From assembly GCA_963663165.1 (NCBI GenBank), contig OY760175.1, positions 6,336,001 through 6,400,000 of the forward strand: DNA of 64,000 bases, in the 5' to 3' direction. The DNA is from an uncultured Desulfospira sp. (GTDB taxonomy: Bacteria; Desulfobacterota; Desulfobacteria; Desulfobacterales; Desulfobacteraceae). How positions within the stretch are numbered: the stretch's first letter is position 1; each line of letters opens with the position of its first letter. Shown one piece after another: positions 49,015-59,243 of the stretch. The notes below the pieces were generated by a model, which saw only the letters and a program-made list of their open reading frames with translations, searched no databases and was not told the origin of the DNA. A program made the position numbers and the translations under genes.

Positions 49015-50436
49015 ATGCAGTGCAGTGGGAAAAAAATCCCGGGAGTTGTTGTTGCAGGACTCAGGGGCGGTTCAGGCAAGACAATTATATCCTTAGGGAT
49101 AACTGCCGCATGGAAAGAGTCAGGTAAGCGGGTCTCTGCTTTTAAAAAGGGGCCTGATTACATCGACGCCGGCTGGCTGTCCAACGCAGCCGGCAGCCCC
49201 TGCTACAATCTGGACACCTACTTGTGCGCCGCAGACACGGTGCAGTCTTCCTACTATACCCACTCAAAAAATTCAGATATCGCCGTTGTTGAAGGCAACA
49301 GGGGCCTTTATGACGGCATAGACACGGACGGCTCCACGTCTACGTCAGAACTTGCTAAATTGCTGGATCTGCCGGTTCTGCTGGTATTAGACTGTACCAA
49401 AAGCACCCGGACCATGGCCGCCCTGGTCATGGGGTGCCTTCATTTTGATCCCCATACCCGGATCTGTGGTGTGATTTTAAACCGGGTGGCCGGCAAACGG
49501 CATGAGGGAAAGGTCCGGGCCAATATTGAGCGGTTCTGCAATGTTCCCGTATTCGGGGCCATTCCCAAGCTCAAAAAAGGTGACTTTCCCGAACGGCATA
49601 TGGGGCTGGTCCCTTCCCAGGAACATGAATACTCGGATCAGGCCATCCAAGCTGCCCTCAAAATTGCTAGAGATAATATCGATCTTTCCGGCCTTTACCA
49701 GGTGGTTTCCACATGGCCTGAAGCCCAGGGGAATCCTTCTTTGGCCAGCCTGTCATCGGGCAGTTCCGTAAAAGAAAACGACCCGGTGACCATCGGCGTT
49801 ATCCGGGATTCCGCTTTTCAATTTTATTATCCGGACAACCTTGAAGCCCTTGAGAACCTTGGGGCGAACATTGTCTTTATCAGTCCCTTAAAACAGCAGA
49901 CCATCCCGCCGGTCCATGCCATCTATATGGGCGGGGGATTTCCCGAGACCCATGCCCCCCAGCTGGCTGAAAATTCCGCCTTCAGAGACCGTCTCAAACA
50001 ACTTTCCAGGGAAGGGCTGCCCATATATGCCGAATGCGGGGGATTGATTTTTCTGGGCAACAGCATAATGCTGGATCAGACCGAATATCCCATGGCCGGC
50101 ATCCTGCCCATCAATTTCGGCCTTTCCGTAAGACCCCAGGGACATGGATATACCCAGGCGCTTGTGGCCAAAGAGAATCCCTTTTATCAAAAAGGGGAAA
50201 CCCTGCGCGGCCATGAATTCCGGTATTCAAAAATTCTTTCCATTGATTATGAGCCCCATGAGATGGCCTTTGAAATGGAGCGGGGGAAAGGCATCCTGGA
50301 AAAAAAGGACGGGTTCTTTAAGGACAACACCTTTGGAACCTATACCCATATTCATGCCTTAGGAACCCCTTCCTGGGCACCGTCCCTGGTGGCCAAAGCC
50401 AGGGCTTATAAAAATTCGCTAAAGGTGACACCGTGA
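49015..50436 (+). CDS. dsrN: Cobyrinate a,c-diamide synthase-like amidotransferase (DsrN)
   Basis: GGSGKT, FKKGPDYID, ERHMGL, AFQFYY, YAECGG, GHEF; position after dsrD. Confidence 0.9.
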   Translation: MQCSGKKIPGVVVAGLRGGSGKTIISLGITAAWKESGKRVSAFKKGPDYIDAGWLSNAAGSPCYNLDTYLCAADTVQSSYYTHSKNSDIAVVEGNRGLYDGIDTDGSTSTSELAKLLDLPVLLVLDCTKSTRTMAALVMGCLHFDPHTRICGVILNRVAGKRHEGKVRANIERFCNVPVFGAIPKLKKGDFPERHMGLVPSQEHEYSDQAIQAALKIARDNIDLSGLYQVVSTWPEAQGNPSLASLSSGSSVKENDPVTIGVIRDSAFQFYYPDNLEALENLGANIVFISPLKQQTIPPVHAIYMGGGFPETHAPQLAENSAFRDRLKQLSREGLPIYAECGGLIFLGNSIMLDQTEYPMAGILPINFGLSVRPQGHGYTQALVAKENPFYQKGETLRGHEFRYSKILSIDYEPHEMAFEMERGKGILEKKDGFFKDNTFGTYTHIHALGTPSWAPSLVAKARAYKNSLKVTP

Positions 50437-51284
50437 AAGTAATCAGCCATGTAAATGAAATGACGTCCTGTTCGGAAGGATTGCGGATGGCGGGCAAGAC
50501 CCTCGTGTTTGTCCCGACCATGGGATTTCTCCACAAAGGGCATTTAACCCTGATGGAGGAGGGGCTCAAGCACGGGGATGAACTGATTGTCAGTATCTTT
50601 GTCAACCCGGCCCAGTTCGGCCCCAATGAGGATCTGGATACCTATCCCCGGGCCCTGGAAAGGGACCTTGAGCTGTGCAGGGAAACCGGGGCATCCGTGG
50701 TGTTTACCCCAAAGGCCGAAGACATTTATCCGGACGGCTTTCAGACCTATGTCGAACTTAACGCCTTGCCCCTGCATTTGTGCGGCCTGTCCCGGCCGGT
50801 GTTTTTCAAGGGCGTGGCCACGGTGGTGACCAAATTGTTCAACATGGTCCGACCCCACAAGGCGGTTTTTGGCCAGAAAGATTTTCAGCAGCTGACCATT
50901 ATCCGGCAGATGGTCAGGGACTTGAACTTTAATCTTGATATCATCGGGGTTCCCATCGTCCGGGAGTCTGACGGCCTGGCCATGAGTTCGAGAAATAAAT
51001 ACTTGAGTGACACCGAGCGGCCCCATGCCCTGCTGTTGTCACAAGCCTTGCTCAAGTCAAAAGAGATGGTGAAAAACGGAGAAAAAAGCCCGGCTGTAAT
51101 CCTTAACTCAGCCCGGCAGCTGTTAGCTTCCTGTCCTGAAATTCAAATTGATTATGTAACCATCTGCGATACCGGCACCCTGGACGATCTCAACGATACC
51201 GATAAAATCGACCGGCCCGTTCTCATGGCCGTTGCCGTTACCTTAGGCAAGACCCGGCTTATCGATAATATGATTTTAGGTTAG
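50433..51284 (+). CDS. panC: Pantoate--beta-alanine ligase
   Basis: VPTMGFLHKGH, SIFVNPAQF, FGQKDFQQ, GLAMSSRN, RLIDN. Confidence 0.97.
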   Translation: MKVISHVNEMTSCSEGLRMAGKTLVFVPTMGFLHKGHLTLMEEGLKHGDELIVSIFVNPAQFGPNEDLDTYPRALERDLELCRETGASVVFTPKAEDIYPDGFQTYVELNALPLHLCGLSRPVFFKGVATVVTKLFNMVRPHKAVFGQKDFQQLTIIRQMVRDLNFNLDIIGVPIVRESDGLAMSSRNKYLSDTERPHALLLSQALLKSKEMVKNGEKSPAVILNSARQLLASCPEIQIDYVTICDTGTLDDLNDTDKIDRPVLMAVAVTLGKTRLIDNMILG

Positions 51285-51302
51285 GGGATTGGGCTGAAGC
51301 AG

Positions 51303-51421
51303 GTAGGGTGGGCACGGCTGTTTGTGCCCACCGGTTTTCCGCAAGCCCGTTTAATTTATCGTTCAGAAACATCATGTTATACAGTCAATGGTGGGCAACG
51401 CTGCGCTTTTGCCCACCCTAC
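51303..51421. repeat. GTAG-type REP doublet (REPIN)
   Basis: GTAGggtgggcac...gtgcccacc -spacer- ggtgggcaa...ttgcccaccCTAC. Confidence 0.8.
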
Positions 51422-51443
51422 CGAACTTGGATACTTATAAATT

Positions 51444-51484
51444 AAAAAGGGGTTGTTCCCCGTGACCGGGAAACAACCCCTTTA
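51444..51484. terminator. Intrinsic terminator for the cytochrome c3 gene (possibly bidirectional)
   Basis: aaaaaggggttgttccc...gggaaacaacccctt. Confidence 0.75.
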
Positions 51485-51512
51485 AAAAACGCTATATTAA
51501 ATTAAACGCCGG

Positions 51513-51974
51513 TTATTTGCCTTTTTTATGGCATTTGCCGCAGGAAGTGGGCGCAGGGCCTTTATTCCCTTTGGGGTCGCCGGCTTTTATGTTGACTTCT
51601 TTGTGACATCCCACGCAGTTGGCGTGCATGGCGTTTTCATGAACCATGATGTCTTTTTTGTTGTTTTTGTCTTTTACAAATTTGTTGTGGCATTCACTGC
51701 ACTTCTGGACCGAATCACCCATTTTGAGGTCTTTTAAAGGTTTGTGGTCTTTGTCGTGATGGCAGTCCCCACAGTTGATTTTGTAGTCTTCTGCGTGCTT
51801 TTTGTGGGTGAATTCCACCAGCTCAAACTTGGGCGGGCATTTTTTGCGTTTGTCATAGCCCTTGGTTTCCATTTTGAAGGTGTCCTTGATTTCAGTGCCT
51901 GCCTGGAGCCCGGTCGCAGCAAAAATCACAGCAATCCCTGCGGCCAGAAAGAGTGTGACCAGTCTTTTGTTCAT
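51513..51974 (-). CDS. Tetrahaem cytochrome c3
   Basis: Signal peptide; FTHKKH; four CxxCH motifs (CGDCH, CSECH, CVGCH, CGKCH). Confidence 0.95.
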   Translation of the reverse strand: MNKRLVTLFLAAGIAVIFAATGLQAGTEIKDTFKMETKGYDKRKKCPPKFELVEFTHKKHAEDYKINCGDCHHDKDHKPLKDLKMGDSVQKCSECHNKFVKDKNNKKDIMVHENAMHANCVGCHKEVNIKAGDPKGNKGPAPTSCGKCHKKGK

Positions 51975-52204
51975 GTTAGTTTACTCCTTTACAATTAACA
52001 ATATTTTGCCGTTTTCCGGTCCCATTTCAAGGGTCCGGTTATTCCTTAATTTTACTTTGTTTGCCTTTTTTACATATTCGGATGGGTTAAGTCAATAAAT
52101 AAAAAACGGAGACCGGAATAAGGGAGACCGAAAGACCTGATATTGCGAGTTCCTGAGTGCTTCGCATCCCGTCACCGGTCTTAGGCTTGGCGGTCATACC
52201 CCGG

Positions 52205-53038
52205 TTAAACCGGACCGGTGTCTTCCTCATTGTCTTCGTCGTCTTCATGGGCCTCGCCGGGATCGGATGATTCCTGGTCCTTCGGGTTTTCGTCCTTTTG
52301 TGTTTCTTCAATGGATTTTCGGCCAAAAATCCGGGCCCCGATAATGCTGATTTCATACAGAATCATCAGGGGGATGGCCATCATGATCTGGGTGATGATA
52401 TCCGGGGGGGTGATAATGGCGGCGCCCACAAAAAAGAGCAGGACGGCGTATTTTCTGTTTTTTTTCAAGAAATCAACACTGACCAGCCCCATTCTGGACA
52501 GAAACGTAAGGACAAGGGGCAGTTCAAAAACAAACCCGAAGGCCAGCAGCATTTTTGATGCAAAGGACAGGTATTCCTTCATGGAGGGCATGGCCTTTAT
52601 GGTGTCTGTGGCAAACCCGAGAAAAAAGGCAAACCCGTAAGGAAACACCACAAAGTACCCGAAGCTGGCACCGAGGACAAAGAAAATAATGGATAAAAGG
52701 ACGATGGGGATCAGGTATTTTTTTTCATTCCGGTAAAGGCCCGGGGAGACAAACATCCAGAACTCGTAAAATAAAACCGGGGTGGCCACAATGATCCCCA
52801 CGAGAAAGGAGACTTTAAGGTAGGTAAAAAAAGCCTCGGGCAGCCCGGTAAAGATCATCTGGGCATTGCCGCTTTCTCCCATGGCCTTGACCAGGGGAAA
52901 AGTTAGAATCTCAAAGAGTTTTTCTTTGAAAAAATAGGCCCCGGCAAATCCGATGCCCACAGCGATAAAGGATCTGACCAGCCGGTCCCGAAGCTCGCTT
53001 AAGTGTTCTGTAAACGGGCTTTTGCTATCATTGTCCAT
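52205..53038 (-). CDS. tatC: Twin-arginine translocase TatC
   Basis: EHLSELRDRL, FVSPGLY, FELP, IITPPD. Confidence 0.97.
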   Translation of the reverse strand: MDNDSKSPFTEHLSELRDRLVRSFIAVGIGFAGAYFFKEKLFEILTFPLVKAMGESGNAQMIFTGLPEAFFTYLKVSFLVGIIVATPVLFYEFWMFVSPGLYRNEKKYLIPIVLLSIIFFVLGASFGYFVVFPYGFAFFLGFATDTIKAMPSMKEYLSFASKMLLAFGFVFELPLVLTFLSRMGLVSVDFLKKNRKYAVLLFFVGAAIITPPDIITQIMMAIPLMILYEISIIGARIFGRKSIEETQKDENPKDQESSDPGEAHEDDEDNEEDTGPV

Positions 53039-53079
53039 GAGTTGTCCTGAAAGGCTTGTTCAATATCATTTGGGGGTCG

Positions 53080-53424
53080 TTAAACGGGGGCGTCACCGTC
53101 CTTGTCCGGTTCGGGGCTGTCGGGCTTATCTTCAGCATCCTGAACGGCCGGTTCAGATGTTGAAGACGGGGTGTCAATATCTTTTGGGGTCTCACTGTCC
53201 TTATTGATATCTTTAATGGTTTCCCTGATGCTTTTGGACGGGGGGGGGACATCCTGGACGGTGGACTCAAGATCAATGCTTCGTTTAAGGTCCTGGGCCG
53301 ACCGTTTGAATTCACCCATGGCCCGGCCCAGCGTCTTGGCCACTTCAGGAAGTTTTTTGGGTCCGATGACAATGAGGGCAATGGCCAGAATCATTAAAAT
53401 TTCAGGCATTCCAAGACCAAACAT
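53080..53424 (-). CDS. tatB: Twin-arginine translocase TatB/TatA family
   Basis: MFGLGMPEILMILAIALIVIGPKKLPEVAKTLG; upstream of tatC. Confidence 0.85.
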   Translation of the reverse strand: MFGLGMPEILMILAIALIVIGPKKLPEVAKTLGRAMGEFKRSAQDLKRSIDLESTVQDVPPPSKSIRETIKDINKDSETPKDIDTPSSTSEPAVQDAEDKPDSPEPDKDGDAPV

Positions 53425-53496
53425 GGTGACTCCTTTTTAAGGTTCCGCAAAGCGGTATATCAAGCGTTACGGTTTTACACTGAGACCGGTTGAGTG

Positions 53497-54990
53497 TCAA
53501 CCTTGAGAGGTTGTCTTTTCCGGTCTTTTGTACGGTCTTCTCCGGGGCGGGCGCCTTTTGCCGGTGTAGGCTTTTTTTGTCTGTCTTGGGGGGGGATTTT
53601 TCGGGGGCAGCGGGCTTGGTGCGGGCAGGGCCTGCTCAAGGGCGTCCGACGGGTATTCACAGTCAATTTTATGCCCCAGGACTTTTTCAATTTCAGGGAT
53701 TTGAAAAGAGCTGAGCTCATCGGCAAAAGATATGGAGGTGCCGGTGGCGCCGGCCCTTCCGGTACGCCCGATCCGGTGAATATAATGCTCGGGTTCAATG
53801 GGCAGGTCATAGTTAATCACATGGCTGATGTTTTCAATATGAAGCCCCCTGGCCGCCACATCCGTGGCCACCAGGATACTGATCGTGCCGTTTTTAAACC
53901 GCTCCAGCACCTTGAACCGGTTGTCCTGGGACACATCCCCGGAAAGGATGCTGGACTTCAGGCCGTATCGGGCAAATTTGCGGGACAGATAGGTGGTGGT
54001 GTCTTTCCGGTTCACGAAGATGATCACCCGGGTAAGGTTTTCCGTAGTAATCAGATTGTAGACATGTTTGAACTTGTCATCTTCGGTGGTCAGGTAAACA
54101 ATCTGATGAATGGAACCGGCGGCTGCCTGTTCCGGGTCTATCTCAATGGTTACCTTGTCCTCGTTGGTCCAGGAGTCGGCCAGGCGCAGGACCTCGTCGG
54201 TCAGGGTGGCCGAAAAGAAAAGGGTCTGCCGGTTTTTCTTATGGGGGGTCATGTAGACCAGCCGGCGGACATCCGGGATAAACCCCATGTCCAGCATCCG
54301 GTCAGCCTCATCAATCACAACGATTTCGACTTTTGACAGGTCAATGAGCTTTTTGCTGATAAAATCCAGAAGCCGGCCCGGGGTGGCGGCAATAACATCC
54401 ACCTTTGTCCGGGTCAGCAGGCTTTGCTGGCTTTTATATCCGGTCCCGCCGAAAACCGAAACAATTCTGACGTGAGAATACTTGGCAAGCCCCTTAAAAT
54501 CTTTTTCGATCTGGTGGACCAGCTCCCGGGTGGGGGCTAAGATCAATGCCCGGGGCGCCCCGGTGATTTTTTTGCACGGCTTTTCCTGGAACCGTTTGAT
54601 CATGGTGATAATAAAGGTGGCGCTTTTGCCGGTGCCGGTCTGGGCCTTGGCCGTGGCATCTAAGCCGTTGAGGGTATGGGGCAGCAGCTTGCCCTGAATA
54701 TCGGTGCAGTATTCAAAGCCTAAGTCGGCAATGGCATGCATAAGTCCTAAGGGAAGGCCAAGGTCATGAAACCGTGTGGTCCCTTCCTTGGGCGGCACTT
54801 CAAATTTTTCCAGGGTCCAGGGGGGTCTTTTGGGCCTGGCCGGCCTTTGGGGCTTTGGGTCCGGGCCCGAGGGCGAGTGGTCAGGGGAACGGCGTCTGCT
54901 TTGGGAACGGGCTTTTTCCTGCTCCGTGGCAGCGGATTCATCTTGCTTTGGGGCAAACAGGGTCTTGATAAACTGGATTAACTTTTTCAC
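53497..54990 (-). CDS. DEAD-box RNA helicase, RhlB-like
   Basis: AQTGTGKS, PTREL, TPGRLLD, DEAD, SAT, ARGLH, HRIGRTGR. Confidence 0.95.
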   Translation of the reverse strand: MKKLIQFIKTLFAPKQDESAATEQEKARSQSRRRSPDHSPSGPDPKPQRPARPKRPPWTLEKFEVPPKEGTTRFHDLGLPLGLMHAIADLGFEYCTDIQGKLLPHTLNGLDATAKAQTGTGKSATFIITMIKRFQEKPCKKITGAPRALILAPTRELVHQIEKDFKGLAKYSHVRIVSVFGGTGYKSQQSLLTRTKVDVIAATPGRLLDFISKKLIDLSKVEIVVIDEADRMLDMGFIPDVRRLVYMTPHKKNRQTLFFSATLTDEVLRLADSWTNEDKVTIEIDPEQAAAGSIHQIVYLTTEDDKFKHVYNLITTENLTRVIIFVNRKDTTTYLSRKFARYGLKSSILSGDVSQDNRFKVLERFKNGTISILVATDVAARGLHIENISHVINYDLPIEPEHYIHRIGRTGRAGATGTSISFADELSSFQIPEIEKVLGHKIDCEYPSDALEQALPAPSPLPPKNPPPRQTKKAYTGKRRPPRRRPYKRPEKTTSQG

Positions 54991-55056
54991 AGGTTTACTC
55001 TTTAAGTTAAGGTATTTCTTTGATCCATGGTTTAGCAGACAGGTTCATATTTGTAA

Positions 55057-55266
55057 ACAGGAGACAAGAAACAGGAGACAAGAAACAGGAGACAAGAAAC
55101 AGGAGACAAGAAACAGGAGACAAGAAACAGGAGACAAGAAACAGGAGACAAGAAACAGGAGACAAGAAACAGGAGACAAGAAACAGGAGACAAGAAACAG
55201 GAGACAAGAAACAGGAGACAGGAAACAAGAGACAGGAAACAAGAGACGGGAGACAGGAGACAGGAG
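55057..55266. repeat. Tandem repeat (ACAGGAGACAAGAA)x11 followed by 8 degenerate heptamers
   Basis: Perfect copies at 55057-55210, degenerate to 55266; complementary tract at ~55301-55330. Confidence 0.95.
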
Positions 55267-55537
55267 GGAAAACCGAAACATAATTTTAAATTTGCCTCTT
55301 TCTTGTTTCTTGTCTCTATTTTCTTGTCCCTTACCCCTCTAAATAGGCAAAAAACCTTGACTTTCAAGATGATTTTGAGTTAACAAAGATCAGGTATGAT
55401 AAGGAACGCCTAGACGGTAAGGAAATTGGTTTCAATCTTTGCTCCGGCCGCCGGAAAAGAATATGGCCCTCACCAGGGATGGTTTGAAGGACGATTTTAA
55501 TGGGGCGGCCTATACTGGTTTTGAAAGGTAAAATTGA

Positions 55538-55837
55538 ATGCTTATTCTGGCAAATTTTTTTGAGGCAGTTGCAGTGGTTCTGGATTATGCCTTGAGTCTT
55601 TATATGTGGATCATTATCGCGGGGGCCGTCCTGTCATGGGTCAGCCCGGATCCGTATAATCCCATTGTCCGTTTCATCCGCACGGCCACGGAGCCGGTGT
55701 TTTATCAGATCAGAAAACGGCTGCCGGTCAGCTTCGGCGGTATTGATATTTCTCCTGTGATTGTGATCCTGGGGATTGTGTTCCTCCAGACTTTTGTCGT
55801 GAACAGCCTTCACGGGCTTGCAAGATCAATTGGCTAA
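55538..55837 (+). CDS. yggT: YggT family membrane protein
   Basis: VLSWVSPDPYNPIVRF...TEP...IDISP. Confidence 0.92.
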   Translation: MLILANFFEAVAVVLDYALSLYMWIIIAGAVLSWVSPDPYNPIVRFIRTATEPVFYQIRKRLPVSFGGIDISPVIVILGIVFLQTFVVNSLHGLARSIG

Positions 55838-55861
55838 CCTTAAGTTTCAAGGAGGGTGTGA

Positions 55862-56362
55862 ATGAGCGTTACACCGCTGGTGGTCAGGCAGAAAGAATTT
55901 TCAACTAGATTTCGTGGATTTGATGTTCAGGAAGTGGATGCCTTTCTTGAAGAAGTGGCCAAAGACATGGACAAGCTCGAAAAGACCATTGACCGGCTCA
56001 ACGAGGAAAAGCACCGCCTGGATCTGGAAAATCAGGGCTACCGGAAACGGGAAAATTCCATGAAAAACGCCATGATCCAGTCCCAGAAGGTCATTGACCA
56101 GATGAAGGAAAACGCCAAGAAAACCTCTCAGGCCATGCTCGCCAATGCTGAAGTTGAGGCCGAAAAGATCTTAAGCCGCGCCCATAACCGGCTGTCCCAG
56201 CTTCACAGCGATATTATTGAATTAAAGCGCCAGCGGATTCAGCTTGAAATGCAGATCAGCGCGGTTCTTGAATCCCACCAAAAAATGCTGGAAATGACCA
56301 AAGAAGAAAATAAAGCGGCTGACGAAACCGATTCCACACTCAAATTCATCAGGCACGCATAA
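55862..56362 (+). CDS. DivIVA domain protein
   Basis: TPLVVRQKEFSTRFRGFDVQEVDAFL plus coiled coil. Confidence 0.9.
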   Translation: MSVTPLVVRQKEFSTRFRGFDVQEVDAFLEEVAKDMDKLEKTIDRLNEEKHRLDLENQGYRKRENSMKNAMIQSQKVIDQMKENAKKTSQAMLANAEVEAEKILSRAHNRLSQLHSDIIELKRQRIQLEMQISAVLESHQKMLEMTKEENKAADETDSTLKFIRHA

Positions 56363-56619
56363 CCCCCGGCAAGGGCAGGGGGCAGGGCGGAAAGCCGCTA
56401 AAACCGTTCAGCCTGATAACTGAATGTGATTATCAACTGTTTTTTTTACGGTAACTTTTGGTAACATATAAATTCAATCTATTGTGGCGGTTTTCGTAAA
56501 CCATACCTATACTTAAAATTTATAATTAACCATGAAAGCCACGGAGGTCGTAGAACCGGCGGCCCTAATCGCCTTCAGTCTAAACACCTTCAGCCTTTCA
56601 AAAACCAATAGGGGGTCCA

Positions 56620-57702
56620 ATGGCTGAGATTGATGCGTTTTTTAAATTAATGAACGAACAGGGGGCATCCGACCTTCACCTGGCATCCGGGCAGAATCCC
56701 GCCCTCAGGCTCAACGGTGAAATTGAGCGGATCAAGTATGACCGGCTGACCAGTGACAAGCTTCGCGGGCTTCTTTACGAAATAACCCCCCAGGAAAAAA
56801 TTAAGGTTTTTGAAGAGACCGGCGACGTGGATTTCGGATATGAAATTCCCGGCCTTGCCCGGTACCGTGCCAACTATTTTATGCAGAAAAACGGCATTTC
56901 AGCGGTATTTCGCGAGATCCCCTCCAATATTCTCACGGCCGAGGATTTAGGCCTGCCGCCGGTGATTTCCAAGCTGGCCAACCTGCCCCGGGGGCTGGTG
57001 CTGGTGACAGGCCCTACGGGATCCGGTAAATCCACCACCCTGGCCGCCATCATTGATGAGGCCAACCAGACCCGGAAAGATCATATCATCACCGTGGAAG
57101 ACCCCATTGAATTTGTTCACCAGAGCCAGAGCTGCATCATCAACCACAGGGAAGTCGGCCTTCATACCCAAAGCTTTTCAGCGGCCCTTCGCGGGGCCCT
57201 GCGTGAGGACCCGGATATCATTCTGGTGGGTGAGCTTCGGGATCTTGAGACCATTTCCCTTGCCATTGAAGCCGCCTCCACCGGCCATCTGGTATTCGGC
57301 ACCCTGCATACCTCAAGCGCAGCCAAAACCGTTGATCGGATCATTGAGGTATTTCCTGCTTCCGAGCAGGCCCAGATCCGTTCCACCCTGGCCGACGGCC
57401 TCAGGGCGGTGGTGGCCCAGGTGCTGTTCAAGCGGGTGGACAAGGGCGGCCGGTGCGCGGCTCTGGAGGTCATGGTGGCCACACCGGCGGTCCGGAACCT
57501 GATCCGGGACTCCAAAACCCATCAGATCCCCTCCATGATCCAGACCGGAAAACAATACGGCATGCAGCTTCTGGATGACTCCATCATGCAGTTGTACAAA
57601 AAAGGATGGATCAGCCCGGATGAGGCATATACCAAGGCCAATAACAAGAGCGCTTTCCGCCCCTTTCTTAAAAATCCTCCGGCGGATTTTACGGAAGCGT
57701 AG
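56620..57702 (+). CDS. pilT: Type IV pilus retraction ATPase PilT
   Basis: ASDLHL, GPTGSGKSTT, EDPIE, ALREDPD, TGHLVFGTLH, AVRNLIRD. Confidence 0.95.
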   Translation: MAEIDAFFKLMNEQGASDLHLASGQNPALRLNGEIERIKYDRLTSDKLRGLLYEITPQEKIKVFEETGDVDFGYEIPGLARYRANYFMQKNGISAVFREIPSNILTAEDLGLPPVISKLANLPRGLVLVTGPTGSGKSTTLAAIIDEANQTRKDHIITVEDPIEFVHQSQSCIINHREVGLHTQSFSAALRGALREDPDIILVGELRDLETISLAIEAASTGHLVFGTLHTSSAAKTVDRIIEVFPASEQAQIRSTLADGLRAVVAQVLFKRVDKGGRCAALEVMVATPAVRNLIRDSKTHQIPSMIQTGKQYGMQLLDDSIMQLYKKGWISPDEAYTKANNKSAFRPFLKNPPADFTEA

Positions 57703-57815
57703 ACTGCTGGGCTGGTGGGAAGGTGGGCTGATGGGAAGGTGGGCCGGTGGGCGTGCCAAAATTGTTGGAGAGAATGATAAAAAAAGCGGGAAACCGCTAA
57801 AATTAGGGGAATTTT

Positions 57816-59003
57816 ATGAAAAAACAGCAGATTGACCATATTCTAACCCAGATGCTGGACTCCCACGGCAATGTGTCCGACCTGAACCTGACCCCTGGAA
57901 AACCCCTTCAGGTGGAAAGTTCAGGACAGCTGGTGCCCGCAGTCATTGAGCCTGATTTTGGGGAACTGACCCCGTTTCAAACGGAAATCTTTGCCCTGAA
58001 CCTGGTCAACAATGACCGGAAACTGACGGAAACCCTGCTCAGGGAGGGCTCCTGTGACCTGTCTTACCAGCTTGGCACAAAGGCCCGTTTCAGGGTGAAT
58101 ATTTTTTCCCGGTCCGGCAAATACTCCATCGTGTTGAGAAAGCTTGAGACCACGGTGCCCACCATCAGGGATTTGAACCTGCCCGCGGCTTTCACATCCA
58201 TGGCCGAGGAAAAGAACGGCATTATCTTTGTGACCGGGGCCACCGGGTCCGGTAAATCTACCTCCCTTGCCGCGCTTTTGGACAGCATCAATGAAACCAA
58301 ATCCGTTCATGTCATCACCCTGGAAGACCCCATCGAATACCAGCATCCCCAGAAAAAGGCGACCTTTAACCAGCGGGAGCTGGGCATGGATTTTGACACC
58401 TTTGCCAGCGGCCTTCGGGCGGCACTTCGCCAGGCCCCCAAGGTGATCCTGGTGGGCGAGATGCGGGATCGGGAAACCGTTGAAATCGGCCTGTCCGCCG
58501 CAGAAACCGGCCATCTGGTCCTGTCCACCCTGCATACGGTGGATGCCGGCCAGACCATCAACCGTGTGCTGGGCATGTTTTCCAATGAAGAGGAAAAGCA
58601 GATCCGGATCCGCCTGGCCGATACGGTCCGGTGGGTGGTGGCCCAGCGGTTGCTGCCCAAGGTCGGCGGCGGAAGGGTGGCGGCCTTTGAAATCATGTCC
58701 ACCAACCTCAGGGTCAAGGATACTATCCTTAACGGGGAGTCTGAAGGCAAAACCTTTAATGAAATTATTTCCGCCGGCAAGGCCCAGCAGATGATAACCT
58801 TTGACGAATTCATCCTTTCCCTGTATGAAGAAGGGAAAATCGAGGAAGCCACGGCCACGGCCTATGCCTCCAGAAAAGATATTGTGGGAAGGGGAATGGA
58901 TGCCATCAAGAGCTCCAGGGGGGAGAAAACAACAAAGATCGAATCTTTGGAAATTGATCATAAATATGGTGAGGACAATCCCCGAAAGGATGACTTTTTT
59001 TAA
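57816..59003 (+). CDS. PilT/PilU-family ATPase paralogue
   Basis: GATGSGKSTS, EDPIEY, ALRQAP, TGHLVLSTLH; AIRNLIRE motif not conserved. Confidence 0.92.
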   Translation: MKKQQIDHILTQMLDSHGNVSDLNLTPGKPLQVESSGQLVPAVIEPDFGELTPFQTEIFALNLVNNDRKLTETLLREGSCDLSYQLGTKARFRVNIFSRSGKYSIVLRKLETTVPTIRDLNLPAAFTSMAEEKNGIIFVTGATGSGKSTSLAALLDSINETKSVHVITLEDPIEYQHPQKKATFNQRELGMDFDTFASGLRAALRQAPKVILVGEMRDRETVEIGLSAAETGHLVLSTLHTVDAGQTINRVLGMFSNEEEKQIRIRLADTVRWVVAQRLLPKVGGGRVAAFEIMSTNLRVKDTILNGESEGKTFNEIISAGKAQQMITFDEFILSLYEEGKIEEATATAYASRKDIVGRGMDAIKSSRGEKTTKIESLEIDHKYGEDNPRKDDFF

Positions 59004-59005
59004 TT

Positions 59006-59151
59006 GGTGTTTGAACGAAAAGTCACCCATCTGCTGCGTTGCAGAAAAATTTGCAATCCTCACAACCCTAATGGTTGCTCCGGTTGCAAATTTTACTGCG
59101 CCTTGCATCTGGGCAACTTTTCGTCCAAACACGGGTTCTCGTTCAGACACT
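59006..59151. mobile_element. Family B element, copy 3 (opposite orientation)
   Basis: ggtgtttgaacgaaaagtc...gttctcgttcagacact, starting 2 bp after the stop codon. Confidence 0.8.
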
Positions 59152-59243
59152 AAATTATTAGCGATTGGCCGTTAGCTTTTAATTGCGCCAGCCGGCTAAC
59201 CGCTAAAAGCTAACAGCTCAAATATATAAGGACACCAGCCGTT

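Noticed and set aside
51830..51845. Extra Cys (KKCPPK) in cytochrome c3
   Set aside because: A single residue outside any haem motif; significance cannot be judged without an alignment.
55057..55266. Possible CRISPR array, or the small ORFs (RRQETGDKKQET / VSCLLFL) across the repeat
   Set aside because: The units are contiguous with no unique spacers and no cas genes are present; the ORFs are translations of the repeat.
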